Shown here in pieces: positions 13,505 through 26,439 of a stretch of 64,000 nucleotides of DNA; positions within the stretch are counted from its first letter, which is position 1; the number at the start of each line of letters is the position of its first letter. The DNA is taken from NCBI GenBank assembly GCA_964016885.1, contig OZ024745.1:28458001-28522000 (forward strand). Direction: 5' to 3'. The position numbers and the translations under genes are program-made. The stretch is from Eledone cirrhosa. Lineage: Eukaryota. The notes beneath the pieces are model-generated. The model saw only the letters and a program-made list of their open reading frames with translations, was not told the DNA's origin and did no database searches.

Positions 13505-13833
13505 AGAGTGTGAGTAAGTACCGGTTCAACGGAGACGATAAAAACAAATAACGAAACGAAATTAAATTTCGTTTCGTTTGTAACTCACTTTTGTATGACT
13601 GACGCTTAAACAATTAAGTTAAAGATGTACATCCATATATGTATACTGAAATACTAGTATGTATATGAATACACACACGTATACATATGTAGATGTACCA
13701 AGTTTTTTCACTGGTCACTTTACTGTGAGTGGCCAGCTATTCTGTATGTAAACACACAGACAAACCGGTTTTTAGAGTCATACTGGTTTTTGAGGAAACA
13801 CCTTTCCTCTATTCTCCAGAAAGCCAGACAAGG

Positions 13834-13878
13834 AATATTGAACTAGTTTCGTTGTTGTTACAACTCATCAGCAATATT
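13834..13878 (-). ncRNA. Minimal type I hammerhead ribozyme, array unit 2
   Basis: Same sequence as unit 1. Confidence 0.85.
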
Positions 13879-14300
13879 TACCTATCTTCCGGCCTCTCTA
13901 GAGAATCGTAAAAGCACATATCGTTATATGCTTTTTCTATGAAAATTAGTAGTGGGCAGACTAATTTGCATAGAGTGTGAGTAAGTACCGGTTCAACGGA
14001 GACGATAAAAACAAATAACGAAACGAAATTAAATTTCGTTTCGTTTGTAACTCACTTTTGTATGACTGACGCTTAAACAATTAAGTTAAAGATGTACATC
14101 CATATATGTATACTGAAATACTAGTATGTATATGAATACACACACGTATACATATGTAGATGTACCAAGTTTTTTCACTGGTCACTTTACTGTGAGTGGC
14201 CAGCTATTCTGTATGTAAACACACAGACAAACCGGTTTTTAGAGTCATACTGGTTTTTGAGGAAACACCTTTCCTCTATTCTCCAGAAAGCCAGACAAGG

Positions 14301-14345
14301 AATATTGAACTAGTTTCGTTGTTGTTACAACTCATCAGCAATATT
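14301..14345 (-). ncRNA. Minimal type I hammerhead ribozyme, array unit 3
   Basis: Same sequence as unit 1. Confidence 0.85.
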
Positions 14346-14865
14346 TACCTATCTTCCGGCCTCTCTAGAGAATCGTAAAAGCACATATCGTTATATGCTT
14401 TTTCTATGAAAATTAGTAGTGGGCAGACTAATTTGCATAGAGTGTGAGTAAGTACCGGTTCAACGGAGACGATAAAAACAAATAACGAAACGAAATTAAA
14501 TTTCGTTTCGTTTGTAACTCACTTTTGTATGACTGACGCTTAAACAATTAAGTTAAAGATGTACATCCATATATGTATACTGAAATACTAGTATGTATAT
14601 GAATACACACACGTATACATATGTAGATGTACCAAGTTTTTTCACTGTCCTTCATCAGTGATCTTTAACTTATACATGTATATATATACATATATATACA
14701 TGTATACATATATACATATATATATACATATATATACATATATACATATATATATACATATATATATACATATATATATACATATATATACATATATATA
14801 CATATACATATATATACATATATATATGTATATATATTATATATATATAAATATATATATATATA

Positions 14866-15054
14866 ACGAAGGAAATGTGGTAAGGAACCAGATGGACCAT
14901 AACGCACCAAAGTATTCAATACTTAGGGTAGTAGAGTGGGTAATAGGAACGAGTAGGACCCCGACGGCTGAGCTCAAGCCGTTTCGACGGCTAATTCTGG
15001 ACCAAAATTAGCCGTCGAAACGGCTTGAGCTCAGCCGTCGGGGTCCTACTCGTT

Positions 15055-15059
<5 letters not shown>
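14866..15059. mobile_element. Fold-back element carrying only the 3' half of an HHR (family C)
   Basis: 54-bp arms 14943-14996 / 15006-15059; GAAA-cggcttgagctcagccg-TC; second copy at 61016-61205. Confidence 0.75.
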
Positions 15060-15110
<51 letters not shown>

Positions 15111-15151
15111 TATATGTATATATATGTATATATATTTCGTTTCTGAATTTG

Positions 15152-15230
<79 letters not shown>

Positions 15231-15334
15231 CATGTATATACATATATGTATATATGTATATATATATGTATATATACATATATGTATATATGTATATATA
15301 TATGTATATATACATACATATACAAATATATACA

Positions 15335-15403
<69 letters not shown>

Positions 15404-15406
<3 letters not shown>

Positions 15407-16034
15407 TATGAAAACATGGCGTGCTGCCTGGTTACAAATGGGTTACATATGAATAAATTTAGTCCTTCATCAGTGATCTTCCAACCTTCATTGGTATTTC
15501 ATCGCTTTAAAGACCATATACCTCCGGTTGGTGCGAGCAACGGCTAAAGAAAGTCGTTGGGACGCGCAGCACGTCATGTTTTCAAATTCGTATATAATTT
15601 CCTCCGCTGTGACCCGTCTGTTTCTTTCTTACTGATTCCCCTTTTCTCTATCTCTCACTTCTTTTTACCCCCTCTAACAGTCACTCTTTCTGTTAGCCTC
15701 ACACTTTCACTCACTCACTCTCTGCTACTCCCTCTCCTACTTCCTCCTGTTTGACCTGTGCGAGATTCTTTCCTCACGCACACTTTGACCAGGTCGGTTG
15801 TTCTTTATTCTCTCTCGTCTACGATTTCACAGAACTTATGTTCATCGATTTCAGGGACTTGACTCCTTCTTCCTCACTTTTCGTTGCATTACCATCTTTG
15901 ATTGGTTACAGTCTCGCTCGTTCCCCCTATTTACCTGTCCCAACGACTTTCTTTAGCCGTTGCTCGCACCAACCGGAGGTATATGGTCTTTAAAGCGATG
16001 AAATACCAATGAAGGTTGGAAGATCACTGATGAA
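15404..16034. mobile_element. Family D pyrimidine-rich element with nested inverted segments
   Basis: About 15464-15562 is the reverse complement of about 15937-16034; homologous copy at about 25495-26055. Confidence 0.7.
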
Positions 16035-16581
16035 GTTAATTTTCTTGATTTTTTAGTTGATTCTATTGACTGATGAATAGCTTATGTTAATTTTAACCCT
16101 TCTGTTGAGAACTCTATTCGATTTGTGATGTTTTTGCATTCTTGCAAAAATATACACAACTGAATTTATTCGCCTGATATAGGGGCTGCCTCCCTTGCCG
16201 ATCCCCACGTGGAGTCAGCAATAGTCAGTCCTTGTATTAACATTGAACTAAAACCTGTTGAGAAAGTGGCTTCCTTGTTCAATCATCTTACCAGAAGCCT
16301 GACATTATTTATGTAAGCGGAAGGTACTTGATTTAGGAGCCGCAGAAACCCAGATACTGGATTTTACCAACCTTCCAGGGGTCCGGGTAAATTTTCAATA
16401 CCCGAATTACTTGATCGCTTTTTTGGCCATGCGAATGATTGTTTAACCATCGTCTCAGTGTGTTTGGCGTTTAACGTTTGTTATAGCTCTGGTTCATCTG
16501 AACCATTGAGCACTTGCCTCACATCTCGGAGGTTGTTTTTCGTTATTTCGTGGGCCGAAATGCGAATCTCGATAATTTATG

Positions 16582-16626
<45 letters not shown>

Positions 16627-16869
16627 GAATAATCGAGAATCGGAAAATCAGCTCACGAAATCACGATAAACAATGTCCGACATGTGTGGCAGAGGGCTCA
16701 ATAATTTGGATAAATCAGAGCTATAACCATCGTTAAATTACCAACACATAGAGATTATGCCTAAAATCACCCGTGCAGCCGAAAAAGAACGACCAGGAAG
16801 ATTCGGGTCACTCAAATAAAATATCAATAAATCAATAAATTAAATGAATACATATTAAGTTATATATAC

Positions 16870-16965
16870 ATTCGTTCGATTCGCGACGGACGCATTGTGT
16901 TCTTGAGCAAGGCAATTTATTTCAGCTTGCTCCAGTCCACTCGGCTGGAAAAGTTGGAAATGAGT
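16870..16965 (+). mobile_element. CORE-type SINE fragment
   Basis: ttgtgttcttgagcaaggcaatttatttc CORE-like segment shared with other copies in the window. Confidence 0.55.
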
Positions 16966-17207
16966 CTGACAGGCGTAGAGGGGTTCGAACTGAACGTATT
17001 GAACCTTCACTTTTGATCAATATAGATAATCCAGATTGGAATGGATTTCGTCTTTAAAGCCATGTTCCACTCTCATGAAACCTCCTCAGGGAATCGTATT
17101 TGCCTGATTAACGTCAGAACCACTGCCACCGTTTTCTTTGTGAAAGCTGTAGATGTTGAGATTGCTACTAATGTAATCGTTGTTGTTGTTGTTGTTGTTG
17201 TTATTAG

Positions 17208-17430
17208 GGGCGGTGGATTGGCAGTATCGGTAGAGGGTCGGACTCCATCCTTTGCTGCATAGAGTTACGGCCCTTTATGATCTGAGTTCAAATCCCGCCG
17301 AGGTTAACTTTGCCTTTCATCCTTACGGGGTCGATAAAATAAAGTACCAGTCACGCACTGTGGTCGATTTAATCGACTTTCCCCTCCCCGAAAATTGTTG
17401 GCCTTGTACCTATATAAGAAACCATTAATG
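17208..17430 (+). mobile_element. tRNA-derived SINE family S1
   Basis: A-box-like tggcagtatcggtag, B-box gagttcaaatcc, body gcctttcatccttacggggtcgataaaataaagtaccag; more than 10 copies in the window. Confidence 0.85.
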
Positions 17431-17438
17431 TAGCTGCT

Positions 17439-17733
17439 GTGGATTGGCAGTATCGGTGGAGGGCGGTGGATTGGCAGTATCGGTGGAGGGCGGTGGAATG
17501 GCAGTATCGGTGGAGGGCGGTGGAATGGCAGTATCGGTGGAGGGCGGTGGAATGGCAGTATCGGTGGAGGGTCGGACGCCATGCTTTCCAGCATAGTTAC
17601 GTCCCTTTACGATCTGAGTTCAAATCCCGCCGAGGTTGACTTTGCCTTTTATCCTTACGGGGTCGATAGAATAAAGTACCAGTAATGTACTGGGTAATTG
17701 CTGGCCTTGTGCCTAAAGTAGAACCAATTAATA
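17439..17733 (+). mobile_element. SINE S1 with 5 x 27-bp amplified head
   Basis: gtggattggcagtatcggtggagggcg repeated ahead of a normal SINE body. Confidence 0.85.
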
Positions 17734-17739
17734 TAGCTG

Positions 17740-19782
17740 CTGATGTTGTTGTTACTATTGATGTTGTTACTGTTGTTGTTGTTACTAATGTTGTTGTTAC
17801 TATTGTTGTTGTTACTATTGTTGTTGTTACTATTGTTGTTGTTACTGTTGTTGTTGTTACTGATGTTGTTGTTACTATTGTTGTTGTTACTGATGTTGTT
17901 GTTACTATTGTTGTTGTTGTTACTGATGTTGTTGTTACTATTGTTGTTGTTACTATTGTTGTTGTTGTTACTGATGTTGTTACTGATGTTGTTACTATTG
18001 TTGTTGTTGTTACTATTGTTGTTGTTGTTACTGATGTTGTTACTATTGTTGTTGTTGTTACTATTGTTGTTGTTGTTACTGATGTTGTTACTATTGTTGT
18101 TGTTGTTATAGTCACTAATGTTGAGTTGTTTTTGTTGTTGTTATTAATGTTGTTTTTGTCGTTGTTACTTGTGTTGTCGTTGATGTTGTAACAAAAGTAA
18201 TGTTGTTGGTATTAGAGGTGTTGTTGTAGTTGTTGTTGTAGTTGTAGTTGTTGTTGTGTTGTTGTAGTTGTTGTTGTGTTGTAGTTGTTGTTGTGTTGTT
18301 GTAGTTGTTGTTGTGTTGCAGTTGTTGTTGTGTTGTTGTAGTTGTTGTTGTGCTGTTGTAGTTGTTGTTGTTGTGTTGTAGTTGTTGTTGTGCTGTTGTA
18401 GTTGTTGTTGTGTTGTAGTAGTTGTTGTGTTATAGTAGTTGTTGTGTTGTTGTAGTTGTTGTATTGTTGTAGTAGTTGTTGTTGTGTTGTAGTAGTTGTT
18501 GTTGTGTTGTTGTGTTGTTGTAGTAGTTGTTGTTGTGTTGTAGTAGTTGTTGTTGTGTTGTAGTAGTTGTTGTTGTTGTTGTGTTGTTGTTGTGTTGTTG
18601 TAGTTGTTGTTATGTTGTAGTAGTTGTTGTTGTGTTGTAGTAGTTGTTGTTGTTGTGTTGTAGTTGTTGTTGTGTTGTTGTAGCTGTTGTTGTGTTGTAG
18701 TAGTTGTTGTTGTTGTGTTGTAGTTGTTGTTGTTGTGTTGTAGTAGTTGTTGTGTTGTTGTAGTTGTTGTTGTGTTGTAGTAGTTGTTGTTGTGTTGTAG
18801 TAGTTGTTGTTGTTGTTGTGGTGTAGTAGTTGTTGTGTTGTAGTAGTTGTTGTTGTGTTGTAGTAGTTGTTGTTGTGTTGTTGTAGTCGTTGTTGTTGTG
18901 TTGTTGTAGTTGTTGTGTTGTAGTAGTTGTTGTTTTGTAGTAGTTGTTGTTGTGTAGTAGTTGATGTTGTGTTGTTGTAGTTGATGTTGTGTTGTTGTAG
19001 TTGTTGTTGTGTTGTAGTAGTTGTTGTTGTTGTGTTGTAGTTGTTGTTGTTTTGTTGTAGTTGTTGTGTTGTAGTAGTTGTTGTTGTTGTGTTGTAGTAG
19101 TTGTTGTTGTTGTGTTGTAGTAGTTGTTGTTGTGTTGTAGTAGTTGTTGTGTTGTTGTAGTTGTTGTTGTTGTAGTGTAGTCTTCACACCTTGGTCCACT
19201 TGAAAGGAAAGTATCTCAACATTTGTGATAATACCCCGACTAGTGAGATTTATAATATAGAACTAATCGATAGTGGTGGCATATTGATTTTAATGTTAAT
19301 AGTTGAAGGTGGGGTCGACGGCGGTGGTAGTGGGTTTTTTGTTGGGTGGTGGTTGTGGTGGTGGTGGTGGTGGTCGTCGTCGTCGTCGTGGTTGAGGTGG
19401 TTGGGGTGGGATCAGTGGTGGTGGTGTTGGTGGTGCTGGTGGTTGTGGTGGTAGTAGTGGTAGTTGAGGTGGGAGTAGTGGTGGTGTTGGTGGTGCTGGT
19501 GGTTGTGGTGGTGGTAGTAGTGGTGGCTGAGGTGGGAGTAGCGGTGGTGTTGGTGGTGCTGGTGGTTGTGGCAGGTAGTGGTGATGATGGTGGAGGTGGT
19601 GTTGGTAGAGGTTGTGTTGTTTTTGATGGTGATGGTGGTGGTGGGGGAATAAGGCGGTGGTGGTATTGACATAGATGGCGTTGTTGTTACTCTTCTTGTT
19701 GATTTTGTTGTTGTTGTTGTAGTTCTTGTTGTTGTTGTTGTTGATGCTGATGATGATGATGATGATGATGATGTTGTTGTTG

Positions 19783-19814
<32 letters not shown>

Positions 19815-19860
19815 GGTGGTGGTGGTGGTGGTGGTGGTGTTGTTGTTGTTGTTGCACTTT
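17740..19860. repeat. (GTT)n/(GTA)n/(GGT)n low-complexity minisatellite block
   Basis: Direct inspection; short complex spacer at about 19180-19340. Confidence 0.9.
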
Positions 19861-19987
19861 GATCATTGTTTGAAGTGATAATTTGTTCCAATATGGATGA
19901 AGAAGGTGAGAATTGTAACATATTGCTGTTCTCACAATCTTGTACACGTCACAAACACACACACACGTATTTATCTATCTATCTTTA

Positions 19988-20253
<266 letters not shown>

Positions 20254-20718
20254 TAATCCCTTGTGATTTGAACATATATATATATATCTGTGTTCGTCTC
20301 TCTTTACTTTTATATATATATGTATATATATTTATATATGCGCATCTACTTACATATGTATACATATACTTATAAATATATATATATATAAAGCAGTTGG
20401 ACAGTGATGAAGAAAAATGGCGAACCAATAACAACAAGGCACGAATTACGAGCTAGTTTCTTATTACAGTCCTGTGACAAAGGGTTTTTAGACCTGAAAT
20501 ATTAGGACAGGTAAATAAAATAACAGGTGACACATCAACATCCTTATTGCCTTCAATTTATTCCAAAATCTACTGTTCCTTTTGTATTGTCGTAGACTTC
20601 AAATAACATACTGCCCTATATACTAACACACTGATTCAAGCAAACATCAACACCTTCTTATATGTATGTAAGTATGTATGTATGTATGTATGTATGTATG
20701 TATGTATGTATGTATGCA

Positions 20719-20782
<64 letters not shown>

Positions 20783-20819
20783 GGGGTGTGTGTGTGTGTG
20801 GGGGTGGGGGGGGGGGGGG

Positions 20820-21370
20820 GTGATAATTGCCCCTGTCAACTGGTGCTTCAATAATATGTTAGCCAAGTCTCTGTAGATTTTACGTATCAGGAACGATGCG
20901 TTAAGTATCCAGTAACTCCGCCCCTGTCTATGTGTTCTATCTAAGTCAACCACAAATTTGTGGTCTGAATATACGACCGTTTTTAACTGTGATAACCCAA
21001 CGTTATCCCTATTTACTAACTAGCCTAATAAAAAAAAAAAATGATACAGATGACCCTATGCGATTGCTTCTTGTCGGTACCTGTCAGACAGTTCGAACCA
21101 TTTGATCAGAGTTTTTAGGATTTTGCAGCCCAACTCTCTTCTTCTATCAGCGACTTCCACGCAGTCTCTTTGTGCGTGCAAAATACTGTTCCAGTCCCTG
21201 GCTAACAATAAAAGTCAGAATCTCCGGATTTGGTGGATCCTGGCCCATATTGTTCTGGAGGAAAGCAACACCCTCCTGGAAGTAAGGAGAACCCGACAGG
21301 AGAACTGGTCTGGGATCAATTTGGAGGTACTTCTCAATATCAAACCTGAAAAGCTGGATAAGATCTCATT
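20820..21370 (-). mobile_element. L1/Tx1-type APE endonuclease fragment (decayed)
   Basis: YSDHKFVVDLD...GRSYWILNAS matches the SDH...G.WKLN.S end of L1/Tx1 endonucleases. Confidence 0.65.
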
Positions 21371-21501
21371 CCTCGCTTACCGAATGTTTCTAAATACAAA
21401 CATTTTAATGATTTGGGAAAAATCATTAAAATGTAACATCCACATTATTTCTGCTCCTCTAAATTTCTTTTGGTATAATTCACTGCGCTCTTTCTTTCCC
21501 G

Positions 21502-21558
<57 letters not shown>

Positions 21559-21880
21559 CATCTATCTTTCTCTCTATCTCTATCTCTATCTCTCTTTCCA
21601 TCTCTCTCTCCCCTTCTCTCTCCATCCTTCTCTCTCATCCTTTCTCTCCCTCTCCCTCTCTCCAACCCTCTCTCTCATCCTCTCTCTCCCCCATATCCTC
21701 CCTCTCCCTCCCTCCCTCCCTCTCTCTCCCCCTTTAAGCCCCCCCCCCCTCTCTTTATCTCTCTCCCTCTCCCTCTCTACTGTTGTTGTTGCTGCAGTTA
21801 ATGCAATTATGATGCACCCATTGAAACAAATATATGTGTAAACACACATCAAACATTCTGATTTAACATACCGAAACGCC

Positions 21881-21977
<97 letters not shown>

Positions 21978-22242
21978 TTATTTATGTGTGTGTATGTGTG
22001 TGTTTTTTTATTCATAACATGCATATACATGTGTATATATGAGTATATGTGTGTTGGTTTCTTAGGTGTGGTGACGGTATGTTAAGTATGCGTGATTAAC
22101 TAAGGTCCATGAGACAAGGAGTGAGATCATTCATCCTCACTGAATAGAGAAGATAGAAAGGTGCAGGAGAAGGTAGAAGGTAAAGTAGAGAGAGTAGGAC
22201 TGAACGAGGACTGTATAGGGAGATGTGATAACATGACATATA

Positions 22243-22560
22243 CCAGAGGTTCTCAAATTGGGCGCTACCACCCCTCCGGGGGCATTGTGAAGGTTCAGAG
22301 GACGCTGGAGCCTATGGGGGCATTGAGAAGGTCCAGAGGACGCTGGGGCCTAAGGGGGCATCGAGAAGCTCCAGGGGGTGTTGGGGCCTAAGGGTCGTCG
22401 AGAAGGTCCAGGGGGCGCTAGGGCCTAAGAGGGCGTCGAGAAGGTCCAGAGGATGCTGGGGCTTAAGGGGATGTCGAGAAGGTCCAGGGGATGCTGGGGC
22501 TTAAGGGGGTGTCGAGAAGGTCCAGGGGGTGCTGGAACCTAAGGAGGCAGTGGGGGCTAT
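22243..22560 (+). repeat. hAT-like terminus followed by a roughly 38-bp GC-rich minisatellite (about 7 units)
   Basis: cagaggttctcaaa terminus; units gtcgagaaggtccagggggYgctggggcctaagggg. Confidence 0.65.
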
Positions 22561-23129
22561 AGAGATGATATAATAGTATATTAAATATCAAAAGATACAT
22601 AGTATATATAAATATAGTAAAATAAAAAATATATATTTATTGATACATATATTTATTATATCATTTATTATATACCAATTAGCGATTTTATTTGTTATAT
22701 ATTATTTACAATTTGCGTGTTGGCAGGTCTCTCAGGAAATAGGGATAGGGGTACTGGGGGTATACGTGGCCGAAACTCTGTTCCAAAAGAAAACTATATA
22801 GGGAGTTGTGAAAGGTGAAAAAAACATAACATATACTATTGCACTGTCTCTTCGTAATGAGAAAAATATGATTACAGCCTTACAGAAGACTTGCATACGA
22901 GACCTCCTGTCCTGCAACTGATCACAACAGTGTTTGTAGTGAAGAATTAACTGGTTGGTGGATATTACCTCGTGGGCCCAGCAGACAGAATTGTGAAAGT
23001 CTTACCCAAGAGGATAGCAAATAGAAAATATCAGCTGGGAATGCTCATTTGCATAGAGTGCGAAATTGGCTGGATATAAATAATAGAGAGTAGCATTAGG
23101 GTAAAGGGAAGAACCCCTTCAGTCACGAA

Positions 23130-23410
23130 CGACCATGGCATTTGTACCTAGAAAGGTTCCCTCCAAGGCACAAGTCCGGTTAAGGTTGTTTCTGGAAGAT
23201 CAGCAGTCACCCATACATACCAGCCCCCCTTCTTCACTCCACCAATACTGTCTATACATACCAGCCCCCCTTCTTCACACCACCGATGCTGTCCAAGGGA
23301 AAGGCAATGGCTGATATAGCTTGATACCAGGGACGTCATAACACATTCCTACAGCTGAGTAAACTGGAGCAATGTGAAATAAAGTGTCTTGCTCAAGGAA
23401 ACATCGCATC
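23130..23410 (-). mobile_element. CORE-type SINE (S2) body and tail, head missing
   Basis: gagcaatgtgaaataaagtgtcttgctcaagga shared with the 28860 and 58040 copies. Confidence 0.7.
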
Positions 23411-23824
23411 ATCAGGGGTGCATTTGAAAGCATATACAATATGTTTACATACAAATGATAGAGTGAGAGTGCTGTATATTAGATATAGAGAGGGGGAGAG
23501 ATTGATGTTTATTGATATAGAGAGGGGTATTGGAAGAGAGTTCCGTGTAGTAGATATAAAAAGGGGGAGAGTTTGGTGTTAATTGATATAGAAAGGGTGA
23601 GAATTTGGTGGCTGTAGATATACAGAGAGGGATAATAGGAGAGTGATGTATAGTAGATATAGAGAGGGGGAGAATTTAGAGGTGATTGATATACAGAGGA
23701 GGATTGGGAGAGATAAGGGTAGATATTTAAAGAGAGTGAGAGAGTGTATTTGTCTTAGATATAGAGAGTGGAATAAGAGAGGTGATGTCGTGGTAGATAT
23801 AGAGAGGAAGAGAGTTTGGAGGCA

Positions 23825-24150
23825 CTCTCGGATACCGAATAATAGAAGGGGTGGCAATAATTGGGGGGGGGGAGACTTGGGAAGTCAGTAATTCTATAGT
23901 GTACGTTCGTAAATATGGGATTTCTTGTAATGTTTTTCTTTTGTCATATATAATGTTTTTTTAATGTAAAATAAAATTATTATTAGATTCTCCAGTTGCT
24001 GTATCAATGTGAATCACTTACAATAAAATTTCGCCGAAAGTAGATTAGCAAGCGAGAGGGAGGGGGTGAATAAAAATCGTGGGTGGGGTGGAAAAAATCT
24101 GAGAAATTAATAAGCGGGGGGTGGGGACGATTATTCAAGACCTGAGAGTT
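23825..24150. mobile_element. Possible MITE with degenerate TIRs
   Basis: actctcggataccgaataat on the left versus actctcaggtcttgaataat on the reverse strand at the right. Confidence 0.35.
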
Positions 24151-24320
24151 CGTGAGAATGAAAACTCAATACCGAAGTAGAGTTTAAATATTCATTTATT
24201 ATGGCTGCGTACTCACCAAACAAGACTGGTCATCCTGTGAGTGCGCAGGTGAATCTTTAGAGTAACAAAGCTCACCAAAAGCCATAAATGAATGTATATA
24301 TATATCATATATATATATAT

Positions 24321-24425
<105 letters not shown>

Positions 24426-24440
24426 TATAGTTGATATGAA

Positions 24441-24500
<60 letters not shown>

Positions 24501-25420
24501 GTGCGCACAACACAAGAATATTGGTGCTCCATTTTGATCTGTCCATTTTAGAATCGACATTTACCCTGTCATCATTTATTTTTCAACTACTGTCGAAGAA
24601 CACAGCACATGGTCAACTTAGAGAAACATGGGAGCTAAAGATACTGAATGACTTAGCTAACCTATCAACAATTATACAATCCAAAAGAAATGAATGGAAC
24701 AGTTTGATTTCATTTATTGCTTCGGGTTTACTTTCATTACAGAATCCACTGCCAAAAAACCTCCTTTCACTTCACTCTATTTCTCACATTAGAAGTCCTT
24801 CGTTATCATTCATTCATAATAACAGATGGTTAACAAATAATTGTGCAGCACCAGTAGCGACAATGAATGCATATTAATGCATTCACGTTTTTAACAAAAA
24901 ATTGCCCACGGAATACATAGGAAATCCAATGAAGCTGGGACACATTCAGTTCTCATTAATTCTTCATTAGTGTAAACAAGCTTCCTTTTCTTCGCGTCAC
25001 TTACATTCTTCAGTTCGCCTGAAGAAATGAAATTTTCATAGCCAGCCTTCATTCATTCCAATTTCTCAATACTTACAGTTGCAGAATCATTACAAGTCAA
25101 CTGAAATGAGCAACAAAGAATTCAGATTATAAACAGATCCTATTGTCAGCTGAAAAGTTCATATGCTGACCAATATACTCTCATGGAATGACCAAATGAG
25201 GTTTATTTTTCAACATAGGGTTATATGTATATAGACACAATAACATAAGAAAATTGGAAAATAAGTGAATGAAGTTACATAAACCATGGTAAAAGACTGA
25301 TTCTTAATTTCTTTATATATATATAGGTACATTGACAAAGAAAATCAAAAAGTAAGTAAATGAACTTACATAAAGATGATATAACATGTTTTAAAATTTT
25401 AAATTAGTAGAGCTGGCTTA

Positions 25421-25492
<72 letters not shown>

Positions 25493-25494
25493 CC

Positions 25495-26053
25495 CTTTCT
25501 AGCAGTCTCTCTCTCTCTGTTAGCCTCTTCCTCACCCTTCACTCACTCATTCTCTGTCACTACCTCTCCTCCTCCTCTTTCTTCCCGTTTCACCTGTGAG
25601 TAATTCTTTTCTCTCACATTCTCGGCCAAGCTGGTCGGAATTTTTTCTCTCTCGTCTACGATTTAACAGAACTTATGTTTACCGAATTCGCAGACCAGAC
25701 CCCTTCTTCCTCCCGTTAGACCTGTGCGAAATTCCTTCCTTGCTCACATTTCAACCAGGTTTGATGGTCTTTATTCTCTCGTTCACGATTCCACCGAATT
25801 TATATTCATAGAAATCTGGGACTTGTCTCCTTCTTCCTCACTTTCTGTTGCTTCACCATTTTGTTTGTTTACCCTCGCGTCCCCTTTATTTACGTGTCCC
25901 AACGACTTTTTTTAGCCGTTGCTCGCACCAACCGGAGGTATATGGTCTATAAAGCGATGAAATGCCTATGATAGTTGGAAGATCACTGATGAAGGACAAA
26001 CTTTTTTCATATGTAACCCATTTGCAACTCCGCAGCGCCCTTATTATCATATT

Positions 26054-26055
<2 letters not shown>
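25495..26055 (+). mobile_element. Family D element, second copy
   Basis: Colinear similarity to about 15680-16034; flanked by (TA)n. Confidence 0.7.
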
Positions 26056-26111
<56 letters not shown>

Positions 26112-26249
26112 CATACACACATAACGATTCTTTGCTTAAACTTTAATCTGTTATTTCAATAAATATTTGCTCTAGAGTTCTTATATATTTGATATATATT
26201 TATCCTTATCGAGCCCTCTTTGGATTTTAATCTTCACATGTATTATTAT

Positions 26250-26309
<60 letters not shown>

Positions 26310-26439
26310 GAGGTTTTTTTTACAAATTGAAAAATAACCGAGGTGTCCTACACGAGTGAAAGTATAAAGAAAAAGAGATGAAATCGAAAATGCAACTGGA
26401 GTCTTATTTTTTTTTTAAATATATATATTTATTTGGTTC

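Larger units (their letters stand above)
13071..14647 (-). repeat. 467-bp tandem array (3.4 units) of the family A HHR element
   Basis: Unit starts at 13071, 13538, 14005 and 14472; the ORF track gives an identical 60-aa translation at 467-bp spacing. Confidence 0.95.

Noticed and set aside
13071-14647. CRISPR-like array
   Set aside because: Whole units repeat with no unique spacers; eukaryotic context with no cas genes
14997-15005. Parvovirus-like flip/flop of the family C hairpin loop
   Set aside because: The two loops differ by 2 (inverted) versus 3 (direct) mismatches over 9 nt, which is not discriminating
16064-16125. CTGATGA followed by a hairpin
   Set aside because: No GAAA...UH or stem I partner
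17020-17096. Minus-strand CTGAGGA...GAAA-TCCA/TGGAT
   Set aside because: Stems I and II do not pair in register
23040-23062. Isolated octamer sharing atttgcatagagtg with family A
   Set aside because: No downstream conserved motif or HHR found; could be chance or an old relic
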